From the UHGV virus genome UHGV-0163620: a DNA stretch of 20,711 nucleotides; one strand, 5' to 3'. Origin of the DNA: a virus. Below, in pieces: positions 15,985 through 20,711 of this stretch (its first letter is position 1; each line of letters begins with the position of its first letter). The notes under the pieces were generated by a model, which did not search any database, had not been told where the DNA came from, and worked only from the letters and a program-made list of their open reading frames with translations. Both the position numbers and the translations under genes were made by a program.

Positions 15985-16073
15985 ATAGTGATGACTGTTC
16001 AAGTTAAACCGTTCTCGGCATATTTTATTTAATGGAATAACATATTATTAATCAAATAGGTTAAGTTAATATT

Positions 16074-16886
16074 ATGCGTAACAAAAAAACAACAGCTTTA
16101 TTACTCTCTATCTTGTTATTATCTGGATGCACTTATCAATATGATAATAAGGCATCAACGGACGTTGAGTATAAATTCGAAAAAGAAAAAAGAGTACCTA
16201 TCAACTCTGTTGGTGATTTTAGCAGCAAAATACTCACAGGTAAGGAATTTAATAGAATTATTGCATCAAAGATAGATGATGGTTCATGGCGTGGATATGT
16301 CGTTCACTCATTAACATACGCGCCATACAACAACGTTTTAACATCTCAAGGTTTGTCTATCCCTAGAAGTATCACATACTCAGGAACATATCTTAACCGT
16401 GATTTTGCTGAGAATAGCGGTAGTGATAGCGTGATAACATCTCGAGATATGTCTGGATGGTATGGTTTTCATGTCGATTCCTCTGAAATAACAAAGCATG
16501 GAAGCTATGTTGGTGCTAATGCTTTTGGAATATCTGCTGATGTAGAAGTGTTAAATACTTTAGGTGCCGAAATTATCTTTGGTAGTACACAAATAAATGA
16601 AGGGAACCCTGAAACAATATGGGCAGATATTGATATAAAAGGACAAATGCCAAAAGATGTTAATGTAAAAGACCTTAGAATTGAATATTTAGCAAAGATA
16701 AATGGGTTAAGCAGCAATCATATTGATATAACATCACCTACTATTTTTAACCCGTCAGATATGAGCCATAAAACTCAGGTTTTTATGGGTGAGTTATTAG
16801 CCGCGCGCCTAATAAATATTAAAACGGGAGAAATTTATCCAGTACAGCTAGAGTGGGTGTTCCGTTCGCGTGAGGCTTTCTTATAA
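16074..16886 (+). CDS. lipoprotein, 270 aa, in a compositionally AT-rich insert
   Basis: Signal peptide with lipobox LLSGC; coding sequence visibly AT-rich relative to neighbours; no family recognised. Confidence 0.7.
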   Translation: MRNKKTTALLLSILLLSGCTYQYDNKASTDVEYKFEKEKRVPINSVGDFSSKILTGKEFNRIIASKIDDGSWRGYVVHSLTYAPYNNVLTSQGLSIPRSITYSGTYLNRDFAENSGSDSVITSRDMSGWYGFHVDSSEITKHGSYVGANAFGISADVEVLNTLGAEIIFGSTQINEGNPETIWADIDIKGQMPKDVNVKDLRIEYLAKINGLSSNHIDITSPTIFNPSDMSHKTQVFMGELLAARLINIKTGEIYPVQLEWVFRSREAFL

Positions 16887-16947
16887 CGGAACAATAACAT
16901 TGTTCATGTTCTGATCGTTTGTTCAAGCAAACTATAAAAACACCTGT

Positions 16948-16967
16948 CCCCGTGACTGGTCACGGGG
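16948..16967. other. 20-bp perfect palindrome CCCCGTGACTGGTCACGGGG containing copy 3 of the 14-bp dyad site (16951-16964)
   Basis: Reverse-complement orientation of the 5872 and 11927 sites; lies between the lipoprotein stop and the immA-like promoter, about 20 bp upstream of its -35. Confidence 0.55.
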
Positions 16968-16987
16968 TAAAATGTCTTTGCAAATTA

Positions 16988-17017
16988 TTGACGTGTGCGT
17001 CGTTTTGGAGGTAAAGT
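16988..17017 (+). promoter_or_regulatory. candidate promoter of the immA-like antirepressor operon
   Basis: TTGACG (16988-16993), 18-nt spacer, TAAAGT (17012-17017); judged by eye. Confidence 0.35.
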
Positions 17018-17078
17018 CACCTCGCTGCGGTAAATCCCGCAGTCGGGACTTCGCAATCCTGGCAAAACGAAGCGCACA

Positions 17079-17100
17079 ACACGCGCCAGCGTGTTTTTTT
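17079..17100 (+). terminator. intrinsic terminator/attenuator in the immA-like leader
   Basis: 6-bp stem ACACGC/GCGTGT with 4-nt loop followed by seven T (17094-17100); about 77 nt downstream of the candidate start site. Confidence 0.55.
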
Positions 17101-17131
17101 GTGTGTACAGACCTGCGCATATCCGAATTAT

Positions 17132-17211
17132 GGTGGCTCAGGTGGGGCTGACTTCGGTCGGGCCGGTTTCTTCGTTTACCGGTATTGCGAACCCCGCCTG
17201 GGCTACCACCA
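17132..17211 (+). ncRNA. tRNA-like structured RNA, candidate c4/CA-type antisense regulator (RNase P substrate-like)
   Basis: 5' GGUGGCU pairs with 3' GGCUACC (7 bp, two G-U) followed by ACCA; internal GAC-UUCG-GUC and CCGGU-N10-ACCGG stem-loops; two blocks complementary to 17221-17240 downstream. Confidence 0.4.
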
Positions 17212-17266
17212 ATAAAGAGATTCGCAACTCTGGTGGTAGCACGACCAATAAAACGGAGTGCATACC

Positions 17267-17431
17267 ATGTTCAAATTCAAATTTGCGGCAGTCGTTCGCA
17301 CAGACAAAAAGTCCCACATTCATCATCTTTCCACTATCGCGTCATCTGAACGGGAAGCTCGTCGCCAGTTCGCCAGCCGGTTTGTCCTGGTATTATCTGC
17401 CCGTATTCCGGTGCGCGAGGTGGCTGCATGA
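17267..17431 (+). CDS. small ORF, 54 aa (Icd-like position in an immI/immA-type operon), not in ORF track
   Basis: ATG at 17267 with GGAG 8 nt upstream; stop TGA overlaps the next ATG (ATGA); function unknown. Confidence 0.4.
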   Translation: MFKFKFAAVVRTDKKSHIHHLSTIASSEREARRQFASRFVLVLSARIPVREVAA

Positions 17432-17661
17432 ATCAGGTAAAAATGAACACTGTTGGCCTGCTGGAATCGTTGGATGAACGTCTGGCTCAGGTCTATGCGC
17501 TCGTATCATCAGCCCATCGGACAGTCTCCAGTTGTGAGGCGTCGATTTACCTCTCAGAGGCTGGAAAACTTCTGCAGATTGCGTGTGAGTTAACGCATGA
17601 AGCACAGGGATATTCTGCGTCTCTCTCGTCGCACTTGCTGCGCGATAAGGAGGCTGAATGA
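17428..17661 (+). CDS. hypothetical protein, 77 aa, antirepressor-operon gene
   Basis: Translationally coupled on both sides (ATGA overlaps at 17428 and 17658). Confidence 0.5.
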   Translation: MNQVKMNTVGLLESLDERLAQVYALVSSAHRTVSSCEASIYLSEAGKLLQIACELTHEAQGYSASLSSHLLRDKEAE

Positions 17662-18431
17662 GCGCGTTAGCAGTCTTTTCCTTTCAGGAAGAGCATCAGG
17701 TACGTGTAGTGATGATTAACGGCGATCCGTGGTTTGTGGCGAATGATATTTGCAATGCTTTAAGCATCCAGAATGTCACACAAGCTATCGCTAGATTAGA
17801 TGAAGATGAGCGATCTATGTTTAACATAGGCCGTCAAGGTCAAGCCAATATCATCAGCGAATCAGGTCTTTACACCCTCATTCTCCGCTGCCGTGACGCG
17901 GTGAAGCAAGGCACAACAGCTTGGCGGTTTCGCAAATGGGTAACGAACGAAGTCTTGCCCTCTATTCGCAAAAATGGAGAGTACGTTTACATCGAGCCTG
18001 AGCCAATGCGAGCAGCGGAGCCGTTGAACGGGAGGCAGAAAGCGTATCTGCGAGGGCTGATTAACGATATAGCACAAAGTTTTCGGTGCCGAAATGCCTG
18101 GATCAGTGGAATATGGTTGGCTTTGCGTCGGGCGTGTCGTAATCCATCCCCGAACCCCATAACGGTTGATGATTTGCCAGCAATTGCGGCAGAACTGCGC
18201 AGGATTTTGACGGCTGCTGAGTCGGCATTGAGGAACATGCGCACGTATGAACGGGAGTTGTTGCGTGATGTTGTTCGTGGGGGTAGGCGGAGTATGTCGT
18301 GTGGTGATTTGCCCATCATCGATATCAACTCTGATCTGGAAAAGGCGTTACCCGCACATTTTGAACTGGCAGTTCAAAAACTTGAGCAGCTATCCGCGCA
18401 GTTAAAGCCAGCAGAAATCACTAATAAATAG
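17658..18431 (+). CDS. antirepressor with Bro-N domain
   Basis: N-terminal Bro-N pattern: FSFQEEHQVRVVMINGDPWFVANDICNALSI ... GLYTLI ... FRKWVTNEVLPSIRKNG. Confidence 0.8.
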   Translation: MSALAVFSFQEEHQVRVVMINGDPWFVANDICNALSIQNVTQAIARLDEDERSMFNIGRQGQANIISESGLYTLILRCRDAVKQGTTAWRFRKWVTNEVLPSIRKNGEYVYIEPEPMRAAEPLNGRQKAYLRGLINDIAQSFRCRNAWISGIWLALRRACRNPSPNPITVDDLPAIAAELRRILTAAESALRNMRTYERELLRDVVRGGRRSMSCGDLPIIDINSDLEKALPAHFELAVQKLEQLSAQLKPAEITNK

Positions 18432-18569
18432 GGTTGGCCAGCCCGAATTTATGCCCTTCTTAGTGAGGGGAAGCTTCGCAGTCGGGGCGGTGATGTCTGT
18501 GGTTGCAGCCGCGTTTCCTCCGTTACTTCTGCCCTTTGCAGGGGGTGGGCGAGGCAGGCCACATAACAA

Positions 18570-18593
18570 GGCACCGATTAATTCGGTGCCTTT
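18570..18593. terminator. hairpin between convergent antirepressor and telN genes (possible bidirectional terminator)
   Basis: 7-bp stem GGCACCG/CGGTGCC with 7-nt loop followed by TTT on the plus strand; U-tract weak on both strands. Confidence 0.4.
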
Positions 18594-18603
18594 AACGTAT
18601 GCT

Positions 18604-20493
18604 TTAGCCGAAATATGTCAGCCATGCTAACTGCATTGCTGACATGGGGCTGTTTGCACTGCCTGACCACGCATAATTCTGGCCATTATAATGAAACTCG
18701 ACAACGTATGAGCCATCACCAATATTTCTCACTGGCTTAAATACCGGCTTAGATACAGGCGAAGAAGGTGCAGGCGGTTGCTGTTCTTCTACGCTCTCTT
18801 CCTCTTCCTCTATCTCAATTTCGTCGTCATCCAGATCGTCATCCTCTGATAATTCATCCGCCAGTTCAGGTATTGCTTCCAGTTCTTCTTCGTCAGGCAT
18901 AACGATTTCTGGAGTATCTATTTTCAGTTGCCATTGTCCGTTTTCGCCAACAAATTGCCCCAGAGCATCAGCAGCAAATTCCAGGTATCGACTAATCATT
19001 GTAGGGCTAAATTTGAATGCTCTTAGAGTGCTGTTCGTGATTTTTATAGAGGGGTCCTGCTCTACCAGCTGCTTAACTGTGTTATGCAGACGAACTCCGG
19101 CATCACCTCTGGCGAATCCTGGCATTTCTTCATCAAGCTGCTGCAATGCTTCCAGCCTGGTATTTTCGTTTCCAGTATTTGGCCTCCATGTCTTTGAGAA
19201 GTTGGCCAGCTTGAATTGCTTATAGTGTAATTGAGTGTTTTCATCGTCATGGCCTAAAATTTCCATAAAGAAAACATCCTCATCTACGTTTTTCCAACGA
19301 GGATCTACGCGGAAAAACATTTCATACGCAATACGGGCATAAATAGCACGACTATCTTTATAAACACGGCGGTCATCTTTGAAAAATGATTTAACCCACG
19401 GGTTAAAAGCCTTTGCTAATATGGCATTAATCCGTCCGTTTTCAGAGCGTGTGTCGTTATCTCCATAACCTTTAACGACATCATCAAAATCAGATGCTGC
19501 TGGGCATGAGCGAAGTACATTTATTAAATAAACAAATGTTTTTGCTTCGCATAATGTATATATTTTTCTGGTTATATCATCAGAAGTTCTTTTTTTTGCT
19601 TGGCCTAAAAAATCAACGGTATACTTACCAGAAACAGTAAATGTACCTTGATACATAATCTCAATCATTCGTCTTCCTGACAATGCAGCAAGTGCAAATG
19701 CCAAAGGAGCCATACCTGAACGAGTGTTTAGATTATTTAATGTAGCAGGGCTATTTATAATATCGTAAATAGCTTGCATATATTTAGGGTAATCAATGAC
19801 CACCACGTTACGTTTCTTATTGTGCAGAACGTCTGCCCATCGTTGCTGGATAGATGCGCGTTCGGCAGGGCTTAGTTGAAGATGATAGAGAATCTCATGG
19901 TTAACTTTTAGCTGATTCAACTCCTCAAGTAAGGCAGATCCTTGCTGTAGTAATTTATATAAATAATCGCGCTTATCTTTCCAGTTATCGCTAGTTAAAT
20001 CAGAAATGGCGAATTGCCACTCTTTATATTTATTTGATAATTTTAATAACTTATTATGACTTTTGTTATCGCCAATTCTGATATTAGATAAATCTTCTGA
20101 TAGAGGGAGAATTAATTTTAATTTTGCCTGTAAAGCTGACATTCTCTGGCGAATATCGGCAGCAGGTAGAGAAAGCCATGACAATAGCTCCTCATTATAT
20201 AAAGGATACTTTTCAGATAGGCGATGTATATTTTTTTCAAAGCTATGATGAAGTTTATCATCAAACCGTTTTCTGGCCCTGCTCATATAGGCATTGAATG
20301 TGTTGGCTGTAATTCTTTTTTCTAATCCTTTCCCCCTAAACTTTCGCTTGTCATTAAATAATGCATTTTTAAATTTTAATGCAACAGCCTTTATTTTTTT
20401 TGTTTTCTCCCCTTGAGGACGGTCAGAGTTATCTATTGACTCAACATCGCTAACAAGTGAGTTTATTAATTCACCGATTTTTACTTTGCTCAT
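18604..20493 (-). CDS. telN: protelomerase (telomere resolvase), TelN-like
   Basis: 629 aa; N-terminus MSKVKIGELIN and long stretches match phage N15 TelN as recalled; acidic C-terminal region; AGGAGAGG Shine-Dalgarno; adjacent palindromic target site. Confidence 0.95.
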   Translation of the reverse strand: MSKVKIGELINSLVSDVESIDNSDRPQGEKTKKIKAVALKFKNALFNDKRKFRGKGLEKRITANTFNAYMSRARKRFDDKLHHSFEKNIHRLSEKYPLYNEELLSWLSLPAADIRQRMSALQAKLKLILPLSEDLSNIRIGDNKSHNKLLKLSNKYKEWQFAISDLTSDNWKDKRDYLYKLLQQGSALLEELNQLKVNHEILYHLQLSPAERASIQQRWADVLHNKKRNVVVIDYPKYMQAIYDIINSPATLNNLNTRSGMAPLAFALAALSGRRMIEIMYQGTFTVSGKYTVDFLGQAKKRTSDDITRKIYTLCEAKTFVYLINVLRSCPAASDFDDVVKGYGDNDTRSENGRINAILAKAFNPWVKSFFKDDRRVYKDSRAIYARIAYEMFFRVDPRWKNVDEDVFFMEILGHDDENTQLHYKQFKLANFSKTWRPNTGNENTRLEALQQLDEEMPGFARGDAGVRLHNTVKQLVEQDPSIKITNSTLRAFKFSPTMISRYLEFAADALGQFVGENGQWQLKIDTPEIVMPDEEELEAIPELADELSEDDDLDDDEIEIEEEEESVEEQQPPAPSSPVSKPVFKPVRNIGDGSYVVEFHYNGQNYAWSGSANSPMSAMQLAWLTYFG

Positions 20494-20657
20494 CTTTCCT
20501 CTCCTGATTATCCGCTCGGATTATCGTAACACAATTTGAGAATAAGATAACTAATAACGCGTTAACTTAGGCACAAACTAACAGAACACAATAACGGGCA
20601 ATAAATAAAAACACAATATCAGAACGCTAAAATTTGTTCCTTGACTTTGTTCTGAAA

Positions 20658-20711
20658 ATTAGCACATAATTTCCCATTATACGCGCGTATAATGGGAAAT
20701 TATGTGCTAAT
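20658..20711. other. telomere resolution site (telRL-like), perfect palindrome of at least 54 bp truncated by the window end
   Basis: All 27 base pairs around the centre (between 20684 and 20685, core TATACGCGCGTATA) verified complementary; located 165 bp upstream of telN. Confidence 0.85.

Noticed and set aside
17132-17211. Possibility of a genuine tRNA gene
   Set aside because: An acceptor-like stem and encoded ACCA are present, but I could not fold canonical D and T arms (no GGTTCGAATCC-type T-loop), so it is called a tRNA-like regulatory RNA.
17091-17477. 128-aa ORF from the track spanning the immA-like leader
   Set aside because: It reads through the terminator hairpin and the tRNA-like RNA, has a GTG start, low-complexity translation, and overlaps the better-supported 54-aa ORF in another frame.
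18451-18630. 59-aa hydrophobic ORF (MPFLVRGSFAVGAVMSVVAAAFPPLLLPFA...) overlapping the telN 3' end, considered as a type I toxin-like peptide
   Set aside because: No Shine-Dalgarno, GC-rich spacer context, and it overlaps the convergent telN end; left for transcript data to decide.

Overview
The window reads as most of the 'right arm' of an N15-like linear plasmid-prophage (phage-plasmid) from an enterobacterium, identified from the sequence and ORF translations alone; no database search was possible. The window ends (18604-20711) in a 629-aa protelomerase gene (telN-like) followed by a perfect palindrome of at least 54 bp, cut by the window edge, which is the expected telomere-resolution site. 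Upstream lie an immA-like antirepressor operon with a tRNA-like leader RNA, an AT-rich accessory cluster (membrane protein plus lipoprotein), a 1327-aa RepA-like primase-helicase, and a CB-like repressor / Cro-like switch with paired operators. The minus strand then carries a nin-like block of small genes (3'-5' exonuclease, zinc-ribbon protein, two proteins sharing a C-terminal motif), a LexA-box-controlled small gene, and a HigB/HigA-like toxin-antitoxin pair. The low-coordinate end is a late/lysis operon: promoter and terminator leader, beta-class DNA methyltransferase, dual-start class II holin, SAR endolysin, Rz/Rz1 spanins, a DUF4406-like protein and an unknown 287-aa protein. Two families of dispersed dyad-symmetric sites stand out: a sopC-like 16-mer (TGCGACC-RY-GGTCGCA, 4 copies) and a separate 14-mer (CGTGACCAGTCACG, 3 copies) that I cannot assign. 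Positions 1-68 are A/T-only and look like a contig-end artefact. No integrase, att site, CRISPR array, rRNA or canonical tRNA was seen. Gene starts were re-chosen by hand where the ORF track began at GTG/TTG inside regulatory sequence.
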